DNA of 64,000 nt from Macrostomum lignano (GCA_002269645.1 NIVC01001010.1:248001-312000), one strand, 5' to 3'; counted from the stretch's first letter, positions 36,761-49,668 are shown. Numbers and translations are program-made. Notes: a model not told the origin generated them from the sequence alone.

Positions 36761-38742
36761 GAGTAAATTGTCAGTATTTTTTTATACTTTTTAAGGCTTG
36801 AAATGAAAGCACAGGGCAGAGCTGTTTAAGGTTGTCACAAAAATTGATGTCTGTTATTATTAGAGCATAATAACAATAATTAGTTATATTTAGATATCTG
36901 TAAATCTTCCATTCGATCTTGGCTCACAGGAATGCTTAAATTTTAGATACGCAGGCGGTTAAGCCGTTAATTGCAGTTGGTTATTGAAATAGTTTTGCAC
37001 AGCCCTAGCAATTAAGATGGCCTCTCAGCATCCGGAGGGGGGTGGGGGTTCCAGTCACCAGCCAATCAGCGGGGCAGAATAAAATAATCGATTTTTAAAT
37101 TGACACCTGCACCCGTTGTAAGCCATTCAAGTACCAAGCTGGTGTTTTCTTATAATAATAATGTTAGTAAATATAATAATTACCGTAATAAAGATTAGCA
37201 AGTGCTCGCGAAAAACCCGCAACCGGATATGCAAAAATAATTGGATAGTAAAACTCCGTCACCAGAATTAATAATTAATTATTTGATCAGCATGTGCATA
37301 TAAATTAGGCTTGGTGTTGCTATTTTTATTGTTATTTTTTTTCTAACTCTTCTTCTTCTTCTTCTAACTACTAAAAGCAAAGCAAGATAATTGGACAAAG
37401 GTTAAAAATGAAGCAGCAGTAGTATGTAGCGGAGCAAAATATCCAGCGAAACGCAAATAACAAAAAATTTAAAACAGACAACAACAATAACAGCAACAAG
37501 ATGAAACAGAAGCAGCAAAACAGAACCGAACAATTTCCTGGAAACGCAGAAGAGAGACAGCAACCAGTAGTTATAGAATAATTGGGATGCAATGAGGAAG
37601 GACAAGTGTTCTGCCGAGGCTGACTGTCTCTCTTTCACTCTCAATCTGCTCGAAACTCAATCTGTACACAGTGGAAGACAAAGATTTGAATGCGGGCTGT
37701 CCAGTGCCCATGTTTAGCATGTCCGGCTCTGAGACATGATCTATAGGCGACAAAATTAAAAAAATGCAATAATGTGCTCAAGTAGGGCTGGGGTGAGTAG
37801 CATGTAGTGTAAAAGCTGACTAAAACAGAGGCAGCACTAGGCGAGGGTTGATAACTAACACAGAAACATGAGTTACTGAATGACTGCACTAATAATTTGG
37901 AGGGAAAAAACCAAGGATTACTGGTGGCAAATATCTGGCCAACAGAAAAACCTTGTAAACACTTTAAAAAGAGGTTTTTAGTCCGGTGCGTTGGCGTCTC
38001 ATCAAATGAGGTTTTGCCATAGACCATTTCAGGACGAGAAAAATTCTTTTCCACGGGGTTATAAATCCACATATCATACCAGTGGTCCTTGGTTTTAAAT
38101 TGAAGTTAATAGGCATTATTGTAACAAAAGTAAGTTATCATTATAAAATAATAATAACAACAGACAAGTTCGCAGGTAATTTTGGTCCGCAAGGTGAATT
38201 AGAGGCCTCACAACAAGCCGGTCTCCAATCACGATATGCCTTAATAACGGCTCGCAAGGTGGCATACAGAGGAATGTTGAAATTAATGCTGATTTAAACC
38301 ATTAATAATTAATCGGCTTGGTTCTATTAACAAAAGATTTTAGAAGGTAAATGCGACTAATAAACAAACAGATCTGCAACTAGAAACGTACTACAACAAC
38401 ACTGATAGATAAATAATAGTTGTCAGTTTATGCTTTTCAGTATTGCACACAAAAAGCATATATATTATAAGCTTAATACACTTAAAACACTTGATCTGGC
38501 CATAGACTACGTAAAAAGCTGATAACTAATTTGTTAATTTTTTTCGCTCAATCGCAAATTTAAACGGAAAAGTCTAAGCAGATGCTTATAATGAAAGTAG
38601 TATAACCAACTGACTGATTTGGCCAGTGCAGTGTTTTTAGTATAGCTTTTTTGTCGCGCTATAAGATAGAGAAACGGACAGCCAAAGTTGACAGCCTACT
38701 AGCAAAGACAGGTTGGCCTGTCTCAGCACAGTTACGTGTAAA

Positions 38743-39064
38743 CTACTTTCAGTTCAGTAGTAAATTAAACAGAAGCATTTTAGTGTATTTTTAAAAGCAA
38801 CGCTCATTTATTGGCTCTTACTCCCTAGCTTAAACCCTCCAACCGCGCCTTTCCACACTACCCCCGCCCCGCCTCAGTTTTTATTGCCTTTTTCGGAATT
38901 CCAGCCTAAGCTGCCATGTACATTCCAGTGGACTGGCCAATGTACATTATTGCTGAACCAATTAGCAAGTTGTTTGCGCCTGGCAGGCTTCTAAACTTAA
39001 CAAAGTCATTCCAGCTGCTTAAAAATAGCTTACGTATTCTTCTTTGCTACTGAACTGAAAGTAG
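38743..39064. mobile_element. Non-autonomous MITE-like element, copy 2
   Basis: Same 18-bp inverted repeats and a homologous, diverged interior compared with 10774-11097. Confidence 0.75.
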
Positions 39065-39851
39065 AAAGCTGTTTTACTAAGTATATATGGCCCAGAGACA
39101 AAACGCAAATCTGCAATTTATGGCCTCAGAGTTTTGTCAGAGACCTGAGAGCCAGCATAATTCAAGACAGCAACTTTGCACGGATGGACAGCCTTCAGCT
39201 GACTGCAGCAGCAACGCAAATTTGCGTTTTGCCTCTGGCCTAACCTGTCTTTAATCCTAGAATGTCTGTTCTCTAACTGAGCATGCCAAGAGCAATATCT
39301 GCGATGACTACTTAGCCATCTTATTAAGCTTAAAACGATGGGGAAAAGGGGGAAATAAAAGCCTACATATAGTAAACAATGACTACATGAGTAACTAGGT
39401 AATGACAGCAGTCTTAGCAGCTGTACACTGTAGTTCAGCACTTACTGACCCGGTCCTTGGCACGAGTAGCAGGTGTGTGCTGGCTGCGGGCACCGGCTGT
39501 CCAAGGCTGCACTAGAAAAGGCACTGGCGGTTGCCATGGAGACACACAGTGACCAGTTCAGAAAATACATGATGAATAATAATGACAGGAAAAAATGACA
39601 TTGATAACGGTTGCTAACAGGATGCTATTGGTTGCTATGGCAAAGACAACTAAAAAGGCGTAAATAAAGGACACACAAACAGCGAGATAAGAAGCAGAAA
39701 AAACGTTTATAAAAATTGACAGAAATGGACGAGCTGGCGATTAGCAGAAAAAGCAGAAAAATGATGCGCAATTAAAAAAAACACAAACAGACGAGTTTGG
39801 GTGCAGCGACGCTTGAGAGAAAAGACAACGTCAAGAAAAATCGGTACCGTT

Positions 39852-40028
39852 TTAGACGGCCATGACCGGCTGGGCCATCATGAGCTCAACGCAGTGCTGC
39901 CGAACCTGCTGCCGGTTGCACTCGTTCACCGCGCGCTCCGCCTCGTGGCGCGAGGAGAAGCTGACGAATGCCTCACCAGATGGGAGGCCGTCAGGACCGA
40001 TGGCGATCTTAATGTCCGGAATGGTTTG
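39852..40028 (-). CDS. ESRP: ESRP/fusilli-like splicing regulator, last coding exon (second half of the putative RRM4)
   Basis: Acceptor cgcccgcag at 40031-40029, phase 0. GPDGLPSGEAFVSF (RNP1-like) ...VELM; TAA at 39852. Confidence 0.75.
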   Translation of the reverse strand, partial: QTIPDIKIAIGPDGLPSGEAFVSFSSRHEAERAVNECNRQQVRQHCVELMMAQPVMAV

Positions 40029-40059
40029 CTGCGGGCGTGCGGCAACGGCGTGCAAGCAT

Positions 40060-40590
40060 ATAAATGCGTGCAAATAGGTTGTGCAAATGAATAGATGCGT
40101 ACAAATAGGGTGCAATTTGATAGATGCGTGCAAATAAAGTGTGCAATTTGATAGATGCGTGCAAATAAAGTGTGCAATTTGATAGATGCGTGCAAATAAA
40201 GTGTGCAATTTGATAGATGGTGCAAATAAAGTGCAAATGGATAGATGCGTGCAGATAGGGTGTGAAGTTTAATAGATGCGTGCAGATGGGTTGTGCAAAT
40301 TAAAAGATGCGTGCAAATAGGGTGTGCAATTTGATAGATGCGTGCAAATAAAGTGTGCAATTTGATAGATGGTGCAAATAAAGTGCAAATGGATAGATGC
40401 GTGCAGATAGGGTGTGAAGTTTAATAGATGCGTGCAGATGGGTTGTGCAAATTAAAAGATGCGTGCAAATAGGGTGTGCAATTTGATAGATGCGTGCAAA
40501 TAGGGTGCAATTTGATAGATGCGTGCAAATAGAGTATGCAGTTTGATAGATGCGTGCAAATAGAGTATGCAGTTTGATAGATGCGTGCAA
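40060..40590. repeat. Intronic minisatellite (gatagatgcgtgcaaataaagtgtgcaattt family)
   Basis: Degenerate tandem units between the last two ESRP exons. Confidence 0.9.
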
Positions 40591-40607
40591 ACGCCGCCGG
40601 CACTCAC

Positions 40608-41321
40608 GGGATTGGAAGCGAAGATGGACTCGAACAGGCGCAGAATCTCGTGAAAGTCGATGTCCTTAGGCAGGCCCTTGGCTATGATGGTGTTCATCGT
40701 GTTGAGCATGCCGGGCTGGTACATGAACGAGCCCGGCTGCATCGGCGGCTGCTGCTGCGGCGACGGCGCGTACGGATAGGCCATCAGCGTGTTGGCCAGC
40801 AGGCTCGGCGCCGAGATGGGCGACGGCAGGGTCACGTGAGGAAACTGGATGGCGCCTGGACGCGACACCGGGATTAGCGGCAGCGGCGGCGGCGGTGGCG
40901 GCGCCTGCGGACTGTGGAACATCGGCTGCGGGTGGGTGAAGCCGGTGGCCGGATGGTGCGGCTGGCTGACGGGCAGCAGGGTGCCGGCCGACATGGCGGG
41001 GCTGAGCAGCGGCCGGTGGAACAGCCCGGGCTGGCTAGCCGTCTGCTGCATCTGCTGTTGCATTGCGGCTGCCGCGGCGGCTGCGGCGGCGGTGGCCGCT
41101 GACGGCGGACTGCCGAGAGCGCCGGGGCCAAGGCCGAGATTAGTTGGCACCTCGTGCGGCGCGCACTGGCTGACCTCTACCTGGGAGCGCTTGCCGGTTG
41201 GCAGGTAGAACAGCTTGCGGTTCTTGGCCTCGCAGGCCATGTGTGCGGCCAGCTCGGAGCTCATCTGGATGATGGCCTCGCCTGCCGGCTGGCCGATGTG
41301 ATTGTACACCAGGTGGACTCC
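40608..41321 (-). CDS. ESRP: ESRP/fusilli exon (end of RRM3, Pro/Gln/Ala-rich region, start of the putative RRM4)
   Basis: GVHLVYNHIGQPAGEAIIQM matches ESRP RRM3 (GVHMVLN.QGRPSGDAFIQM). Acceptor at 41324-41322; donor CCC|GTGAGT at 40607. Confidence 0.88.
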
Positions 41322-41404
41322 CTGCGGCGGTTGCGTGCGGGGTTATATAACATTCTTAAGGACCTTCTTTGATACTTTAGTATCTTTTATATCTAGAACT
41401 GTTG

Positions 41405-41710
41405 GAAATTCGAACCCAGGTTTTCACTTAAATTCACTAACAACGGACTAATCGAACCCAGGACCTCGATTGAATTCGAACCAAGACCTCAGTGGAATTC
41501 GAACCCAGGATCTTGATGAAATTCAAACTCAGGACCTCAGTGGAATTTGAACCCAGGATCTTGATGGAATTCGAACTCAGAATCTTAAATAAATTCGAAC
41601 CCAGGATCTTGATGAAATTCGAACTCAGGACCTCAAATGAAATCGAACCCAGGACCTTGATGGAATTTGAACCCAGAACCTTAATGGAATTCGAACCCAG
41701 GACCCAGGAC
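41405..41710. repeat. ~21-24 bp degenerate minisatellite (gaattcgaacccaggaccttgat)
   Basis: Tandem gaacccagga units in an ESRP intron. Confidence 0.8.
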
Positions 41711-41735
41711 GCGGAGGCCAGATTTGTGCACTCAC

Positions 41736-42158
41736 CTGGAAGACAATATTCTGCGAATGGCCCTCCAAAAAGTTGAGAATGTCGGCGACGCTGGCGTCGA
41801 CGGGCATGCCGCGGACGCGGATGAACATCTTGGAGAAATTTGGCGGCTGCAGCAGCGACAGCGGAGTGAAGGGCAGCAGGCCGGGCGCGTTGGCCGGATT
41901 GTCGTGCCCGTTCTCCGCCTGCTGCGGGTTCTTGAAGCTGCACAGCACCTGGTTAACCTCAGCTGGCGTGGACTTGAACAGCTCGATGTACCTGTTGCCA
42001 ATGTGCTGCCTGTGATTCTGCAGTGCCCGCTCCGCCAGGATTTCGTTCTCGAATATCACGAAGGCGTCTCCGGTGGCGCGGCCGTCCTTGTGGTTGACGA
42101 ACAGCACCCCTTCGGAGTCGAACTGCACAGGGCACTCGGCCTTGCGAAAGAAGTCCAG
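41736..42158 (-). CDS. ESRP: ESRP/fusilli exon (RRM2 and start of RRM3)
   Basis: EGVLFVNHKDGRATGDAFVIF...RYIELFKST...IRVRGMP. Acceptor tttttcag at 42159; donor CAG|GTGAGT at 41735. Confidence 0.92.
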
Positions 42159-43104
42159 CTGAAAAACATTGGGAAGGGATGGCGGCGGCGCGACCGCGGT
42201 TGAGAATGGAGGATTAATGGAGGATTAGGCCTGGGTCTCCTGGGACCCTGTGCACACGGTAGTACAGTAGTATACCTCTCAGCATGTAACAGCTAAATTT
42301 TATTGAAGGCAATTTTGCAATATTGCCTTTGTTATCCTACTTATGGTCTCGTATAAGTAGCACATCTAGCACATTAGAACTGTGCCCTATCTCAACTGTC
42401 CAAGTAGAAAACATAAAGTGTCCGCATCGATAGTGAATGAATGCCGCGTGTGCCTGAAAAGCTGTCACCAGCGCGCCGCTTTGTCATGCAAGCCGAGTCC
42501 CAGCAGAGATCACGGTATCCAACAACGAACACTTTAACCCGCTTTAAAACACAATTGCAACAAAACCGGGGCTGGATGACCTGTTACTTTTGACGCGGCG
42601 TCAGAAAAAAAGAAATTGCAGAAACAACCAAAATGCTAAATAAATTTCACACCTGCCGAAAATTATTACTGTTGCTTTGAAAATGTTTTAAAAACGCTCA
42701 GCGAGCGCTGGAGATGCACCAGACCGGTCACCCACACGTTCAGCAACCGTAAGGTATTTAAAACACTGTTAGAAGCTTGCAAATTCATTGTCACTTTGTT
42801 AGACGCTTGCTCCCATATTTCCCTATTAATCAGATTTCAAAGGTGCGCGGCTTTTGCAAAATAAACACAAATACTCGGATATAAATGAGAGAAAGACCAG
42901 ACCGTTGATGACACAAACATGCCGGACTTTTAGGGGGCCCAACAGACATTGACGGCCGCTGCCACACTTGCACCAACTGTTAGGAATGAGCACCGGTACC
43001 GGACGGACTCGCAGCTGCCGACAGCCGCCCTGATCCCGATCTCACCAGCCGCATGGCAACAGCTTAGCAACATTTAATATAGTGCAGATTTACCCTTAAA
43101 ATAG

Positions 43105-43380
43105 TAGGATTTCCCTAGGAAGCGGTGAGGATTTTCCTTGGATAGAGTGGGGATTTCCCTTAGATAAGGAGGGGATTTTCTTCGATACGGTAGGGATTCC
43201 CTTGGATACGACGGGGATTTCCCTTGGATATAACAGGGATTTCCCTAGGATACGGCGGGGATTTCCTTGGATACGACGGGATTTCCCTTGGATACGGCGG
43301 GATTTCCTTGGATACGGTGGGAATTTCCCTTGGATACGACGGGGATTTCCCTAGGATACGGCGGGGATTCCCTTGGATAC
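43105..43380. repeat. ~21-bp degenerate minisatellite (gggatttcccttggatacggc)
   Basis: Tandem units in an ESRP intron. Confidence 0.8.
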
Positions 43381-45171
43381 TGCGTCAGCGACATTGTGCG
43401 GCTTAGCTTGAATCAACAGACAAGCCAAACCGTTGCATACAATACAGTTTACAGTTTTTGCACTGTTTAGACAGATAAATAGAACTTTCGAATGATGCAA
43501 GCAGGATGCTGGAATATTCAACACCAATTTCAGTCTAAAAAATAGTTTTATAACAGCCAAAAACACAAGGACCACCAGATTTTAGACGAGACAACTCGTT
43601 TCTAGGGAAAAAATTTAAAGGCTTGCATTGCCGAGATCGGGACTTTCAAATTTATTAAAAACAGTAAGTTAATATTTTTGAAAATCTTTATTTTTTTAAT
43701 TTATGATTTCGAATAAAACATCATTTTTTCACCTAAAATCGAACTTCCCAACTTTGCCAATGCATTTTTATAAAACGCGAGCCTTCAAAACCTTTCCTAG
43801 AAACAAACAGTCCAGTCTATCCCATTTCTAGTGATCCTTGGCTAAAACAGTCCCGTTGCCAAGCAGCGGCCAGCGGCCCCTCTTCTGCCTTCAATTGTCG
43901 AGCCAGCAACCGAGGATAAAAAAACTGCAGACACCCGAAAAATTGATGTTATTTTCCTTAGAGCCAAAAGTTGCACACTGCCACAGTTGGATTAATGAGC
44001 TGCATTCCCGGAGGATCTATCAGAAGAGCACTTGTACTTAACAGAGGCAGTCGGGGCCCTACTCAGATTCCGTGATTGACTCACACTTGATCAACTCTCA
44101 GAGTCCACAGTAATTCGATGCTTAATTCGCTTCATCAACGCAGCTAAAAAATGGTGTTACGAGTGGGCATTTATCATTTCTCCCATGCACAGACAATATT
44201 CCTATCCTACTACTGTCATTATTGAGTAGTGAAAATTTGAAAAGAGGAGAGGGAAAGAAAAAAATGAGCTTAACTCCCCCGCTGTTGCTCCGCACACCCA
44301 CTCGCTGCGTTCACCAACCAGCCCCACAAAATCTGCTTCGATAATCAGCTGGTCGATTTTAGCTTTTATATCGATTTTTCAGCAGGCTAAGACACAGATC
44401 ACTTATTGAATGAAGGCTGGAAGGACAGCTGGGGGCACGTGTGTCTTACCCGAACTGGGGGGAGGGGCGGGGGCTGCAGCGCAGTGTGCGGCAGGCAGTG
44501 GGAGCACAGCATGTGTCCGCAGTGCAGCCCCCGCAGCTGCACCAACACAGCCGGTCAGTCGCATAGACACCGGTCGCAGTTCCTTATCTTCCCCAATAGA
44601 ACTGTGAGGAGGCAAGCTAACCTGTCCTACCCTACGCGCTGCTCTTCCCCAACTCAAAAACACAACCCGGTAGATAAAGTGAATTTTGCTACACACCTGA
44701 AACTTGAAGCATTTGGCTAATTTGGCTATAGAATTGTTTTTGGTAAAAGCTTCAGACTTGTGCGGAGGAACACGGAAAAAAAGACACCAAAAAGAGAATT
44801 TTTCTGCTTCTGTAGCGCAATGGGAAAAAACTGTTGCATTTATGTACGAGTCGCTTCGCAATTGGGTGAAAAATTAGAAGAGTAAATAAAAATTGATTAG
44901 GAATGTTATTTATCTACAGGCATATATTCAGCGCAATCTATAAGAGTAGCTCATATTTTATTAGCAAGGATAATGGCAGGGGGGGGGGTTAAAAAATCTT
45001 TTAAAACGACTCATCCGCGCTAACGAAATTAGATTTGAAATTCTATATAAAAAGAGATATTCAAGTCTGGTCAGTGAAACACGCTGCGACGCTGTTCACA
45101 CAGTCGCCGTTTGAGGCACCGCAGAGTGCTTTTGTCTGCATAGACTTCAATCGATTATTAATTTATTATTA

Positions 45172-46460
45172 ATGTATGGGGAGGGCACAGAGGTGTATGG
45201 GGAAGGCACAGAGGTGTATGGGGAGGGCACAGAGGTGTATGGGGAGGGCACAGAGGTGTATGGGGAGGGCACAGAGGTGTATGGGGAAGGCACAGAGGTG
45301 TATGGGGAGGGCACAGAGGTGTATGGGGAGGGCACAGAGGTGTATGGGGAAGGCACAGGGGGGTATGGGGAGGGCACAGAGGTGTATGGGGAAGGCACAG
45401 GGGGGTATGGGGAGGGCACAGAGGTGTATGGGGAGGCACAGGGGGTATGGGGAGGGCACAGAGGTGTATGGGGAAGGCACAGAGGTGTATGGGGAGGGCA
45501 CAGAGGTGTATGGGGAAGGCACAGGGGGGTATGGGGAGGGCACAGAGGTGTATGGGGAAGGCACAGGGGGTATGGGGAAGGCACAGAGGTGTATGGGGAG
45601 GGCACAGGGGGGTATGGGGAGGGCACAGAGGTGTATGGGGAAGGCACAGGGGGGTATGGGGAGGGCACAGATGTGTATGGGGAAGGCACAGGGGGGTATG
45701 GGGAGGGCACAGAGGTGTATGGGGAAGGCACAGGGGGTATGGGAAGGGCACAAAGGTGCATGGGGAGGGCACAGGGGGTATGGGAAGGCACAGGGGGTAT
45801 GGGAGGGCCGGGGGTATGGGAGGGCCGGGGGGTGGGAGGGCACAGGGGTATGGGAGGGCACAGGGGTATGGGAGGGCCGGGGGGATGGGAGGGCACAGGG
45901 GTATGGGAGTGCACAGGGGGTATGGGAGTGCACAGGGGGTATGGGAGGGCAGGGGGATGGGAGGGCACAGGGGTATGGGAGGGCACAGGGGTATGGGAGG
46001 GCCGGGGGTGGGAGGGCACAGGGGTATGGGAGTGCACAGGGGGTATGGGAGGGCCGGGGGGATGGGAGGGCACAGGGGTATGGGAGGGCCGGGGGGTGGG
46101 AGGGCACAGGGGTATGGGAGGGTCGGGGGGTATGGGAGTGCACAGGGAGTATGGGAGGGCCGGGGGGATGGGAGGGCACAGGGGTATGGGAGGGCCGGGG
46201 GGTGGGAGGGCACAGGGGTATGGGAGGGCCGGGGGGATGGGAGGGCACAGGGGTATGGGAGGGCCGGGGGGTGGGAGGGCACAGGGGTATGGGAGGGCCG
46301 GGGGGATGGGAGGGCACAGGGGGTATGGGAGGGCCGGGGTATGGGAGTGCACAGGGGGTATGGGAGTGCACAGGGGGTATGGGAGTGCACAGGGGGTATG
46401 GGAGGGCCGGGGGTGGGAGGGCACAGGGGTATGGGAGGGCCGTGGGGGGATGGGAGGACA
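45172..46460. repeat. G-rich bipartite minisatellite (ggggagggcacagaggtgtat grading into gggagggccgggggatgggagggcacaggggtat)
   Basis: Tandem units; source of six spurious long ORFs. Confidence 0.95.
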
Positions 46461-46698
46461 CACGGATTATGGGGAAGGAACAGGGGGCACGTGGGTGGGC
46501 ATAGGGAGGACAAAGTTGAAGTACAGGCGATTTAAAAGTGAATGCTTAGTTGAACAATTCGGCCAAATGAAAATTTGGGCCTGCTGATCCCGACCTTCCC
46601 CGACCTAACCAAATACCCCGATATGGTTAAAAAGACGTCGAAATTGTAAAAAAATGGTCAATCGCCCCCGACTTAGTCTCCTCCCGAGAGGCACTTAC

Positions 46699-47089
46699 AA
46701 TTTCGTCAGCCGAGACCGTGTAGGGCAGGCCGCGCATACGCACGAGACTCTGCGTGGGCTCAGTCAGCTTGGCTAGGAAATTCTCGCCCTCTTTTGTATC
46801 GGCGCCAGCTACGGCGACAAAGTCTCGACCGGTGGCCCTGTAGACCTCGATGTAGCGCTGCTGCATGTGGTGCCGGTGCTTCTTCAGCGCGATGTCGCGG
46901 TGCTCCTGGCTGTCGAATCTGATCAGAGCCTCGCCGTTGCGCCGGCCGACTTTAGACAGCACCAGGGCGATGCCGCCGGCGCTGATGTTGAGGCCGCGGA
47001 AGAACTTGTGAATGTCGGCGTCTGTCGCCTGCCAGGGCAGGCCGCGGGCGCGGACGACAGACTCGTCATCTACGGTGTCGGTTTTGCGC
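46699..47089 (-). CDS. ESRP: ESRP/fusilli exon (RRM1 and start of RRM2)
   Basis: VVRARGLPWQ..D.DI.KFF.GLNI..GG.AL.L...GRRNGEAL.RF...EHRD.AL..H.HHM..RYIEVY is the ESRP RRM1 signature. Phase-2 acceptor atcccgcag at 47090; donor ATT|GTAAGT at 46698. Confidence 0.95.
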
Positions 47090-47261
47090 CTGCGGGATGG
47101 GGCGGTCTCGTGATTCACGAGGGTCTGTGAGCATACATCCTAATAACCGGTAAGTCGCAAAAACGCCAACCCGAAAGACAGTACTAATTAGATGACGAGG
47201 CATGTTGCCTTTATAATAATAGAGTTATATTTACTCCCGCCGTTTACCCAAAATTACGGCG

Positions 47262-47528
47262 ATTCTGGTGATTCAGGATATTTTGGTGATTCAGGATATT
47301 CTGGTGCTTCAGGATATTCTGGTGATTCTGGTGATTCAGGATATTCTGGTGATTCAGGATATTCTGGTGATTCAGGATATTCTGGTGATTCAGGATATTC
47401 TGGTGATTCAGGATATTCTGGTGATTCAGGATATTCTGGTGATTCAGGATATTCTGGTGATTCAGGATATTCTGGTGATTCAGGATATTCTGGTGATTCT
47501 GGTGATTCAGGATATTCTGGTGATTCAG
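47262..47528. repeat. 18-bp minisatellite (gattcaggatattctggt)
   Basis: Near-perfect tandem units. Confidence 0.93.
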
Positions 47529-48310
47529 GCTCTTTTTGATTGATCTCTTGATTCATGATAGAATATCTCTGGTAGATCTCATGACTATGGATAGCATAAC
47601 GTGAGATCCTTCGAGTTAGGCTAGATTTCTCTGGTCCGCCGCCCTGCTATGTGATCCCCTTCCCATTCACCCCAGCACTGTTGCTGACCGAGCGCATGCA
47701 ATCCTCTCTTGGGGTGCGGGCGGCACTGCAGCCTCGTGTATCTATTTTGAATATCCCTTTCATTTATAATAACTGTTTACTAGACCCAATTAGCACTCAT
47801 AATATCCAGCTACGCATACATAACCCGACTCACTGCAAGGAAGTGTGGGGAAGAACAGGAAGGAACTGAAGGCTTGTTTTGGATTTGATCCAGCGGGTCT
47901 GGGCTCTGAGTCTTTGTGAAAATGTCCCAAGCGTTGTCGACCACAGATCGCTGCCCAGATATAGCCCGGATTCGAAGGCTAGAAGTGGCCGGGGATGGCC
48001 GGAAGGACCGGGGGTCGATTAGAGCAAACAATCAATTTTTATAAATGCCATTCCGCACGCCTCCGATTCTTCTAATTCTGCCTGTGGGATTCAAATCCCC
48101 GCGCTTTTGGGGATCCGCGCGGCTGGCCCTTTCCCTTTAATCCGCGATTATGGAAGCCGTCACGGGCTGAGTCGGGGGCGGAAGTCGAGTCATACAACCA
48201 ACCCCCGACTCACCCCCACCCCGTATTCTGCGCGTGACGTGGCATAGTACGTCACTCCCCACACTGCTACAGATGGCACAGATACAGTAGGGCTGTTACC
48301 AAACACTTAC

Positions 48311-48365
48311 ACAATGGCAGGATAGTAAAACTGGTTCACTTTCTCCGGTTCCTTGAAGGTGTGAC
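48311..48365 (-). CDS. ESRP: ESRP/fusilli 55-bp exon (GHTFKEPEKVNQFYYPAIV)
   Basis: Matches ESRP HRFSDPERVNYKF. Acceptor cacgcag and donor GTAAGT; phases 1 and 2 fit both neighbouring exons. Confidence 0.85.
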
Positions 48366-48539
48366 CTGCGTGTTTTGGGGGTAAAGTTGAATGAGAAAAA
48401 CTGTACTGTAAATGAGAGCATGAATAACACGAATAACATCTATTGAAATGTACTATTAGAACATAGGACTTTAAGCAGGACTTTCCCATTGAAATTTTTC
48501 GAATGGGATTTTTGTCCTCCATTTAGACAGCGGGTGCAC

Positions 48540-49645
48540 GAGATATGGGATATCTATCCCAAACTAAACCATTGGGGTCTGAGATATGGGATTTTTATCC
48601 CAAACTACCCATTGGGATCTGAGATATGGGATTTTTATCCCAAACTACCCATTGGATCTGAGATATGGGATTTTTATCCCAAACTAAACCATTGGGTCTG
48701 AGATATGGGATTTTTATCCCAAACTACCCATTGGGATCTGAGATCATGCTTGGGCGCAACCTAGGGATTCACCCGGCCGTTTCTATTGGCAACACACACA
48801 TGTAAGTCGCTATTGGACGGAATAGTAGTCACGTGACTGCTCTCAGCCAATAGCGACTTACATGTGTGTGTTGCCAATAGAAACGGCCGAGTGATTCCCA
48901 AGGTTGCGCATGTGTGTCTGAGATATGGGATTTTTATCCCAAACTACCCATTGGATCTGAGATATGGGATTTTTATCCCAAACTAAACCATTGGGTCTGA
49001 GATATGGGATTTTTATCCCAAACTAAACCATTGGGGTCTGAGATATGGGATTTTTATCCCAAACTACCCATTGGGATCTGAGATATGGGATTTTTATCCC
49101 AAACTACCCATTGGGATCTGAGATATGGGATTTTTATCCCAAACTACCCATTGGATCTGAGATATGGGATTTTTATCCCAAACTAAACCATTGGGTCTGA
49201 GATATGGGATTTTTATCCCAAACTAAACCATTGGGATCTGAGATATGGGATTTTTATCCCAAACTACCCATTGGGATCTGAGATATGTGATTTTTATCCC
49301 AAACTACCCATTGGATCTGAGATATGGGATTTTTATCCCAAACTAAACCATTGGGTCTGAGATATGGGATTTTTATCCCAAACTAAACCATTGGGATCTG
49401 AGATATGGGATTTTTATCCCAAACTACCCATTGGGATCTGAGATATGGGATTTTTATCCCAAACTAAACCATTGGGATCTGAGATATGGGATTTTTATCC
49501 CAAACTGCCCATTGGGATCTGAGATATGGGATTTTTATCCCAAACTGCCCATTGGGATCTGAGATATGGGATTTTTATTCCAAACTGCCCATTGGGATCT
49601 GAGATATGGGATTTTTATCCCAAACTGCCCATTGGGATCTGAGAT
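48540..49645. repeat. ~40-bp minisatellite (gagatatgggatttttatcccaaactacccattgggatct)
   Basis: Tandem units with an internal hairpin gggat-tttt-atccc; interrupted by a MITE. Confidence 0.95.
48745..48916. mobile_element. 172-bp palindromic MITE with an 8-bp TSD (hAT-like)
   Basis: Flanked by duplicated tctgagat (48737-48744 and 48917-48924); CA...TG termini; ~65-bp near-perfect inverted arms between 48754 and 48909. Confidence 0.8.
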
Positions 49646-49668
49646 CGCAAGCATAGCACAGCACTCAC

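Noticed and set aside
47192-47539. (GDSGYS)n ORF resembling a structural or glue protein
   Set aside because: It is an 18-bp intronic minisatellite antisense to ESRP, open in multiple frames, with no signal peptide.
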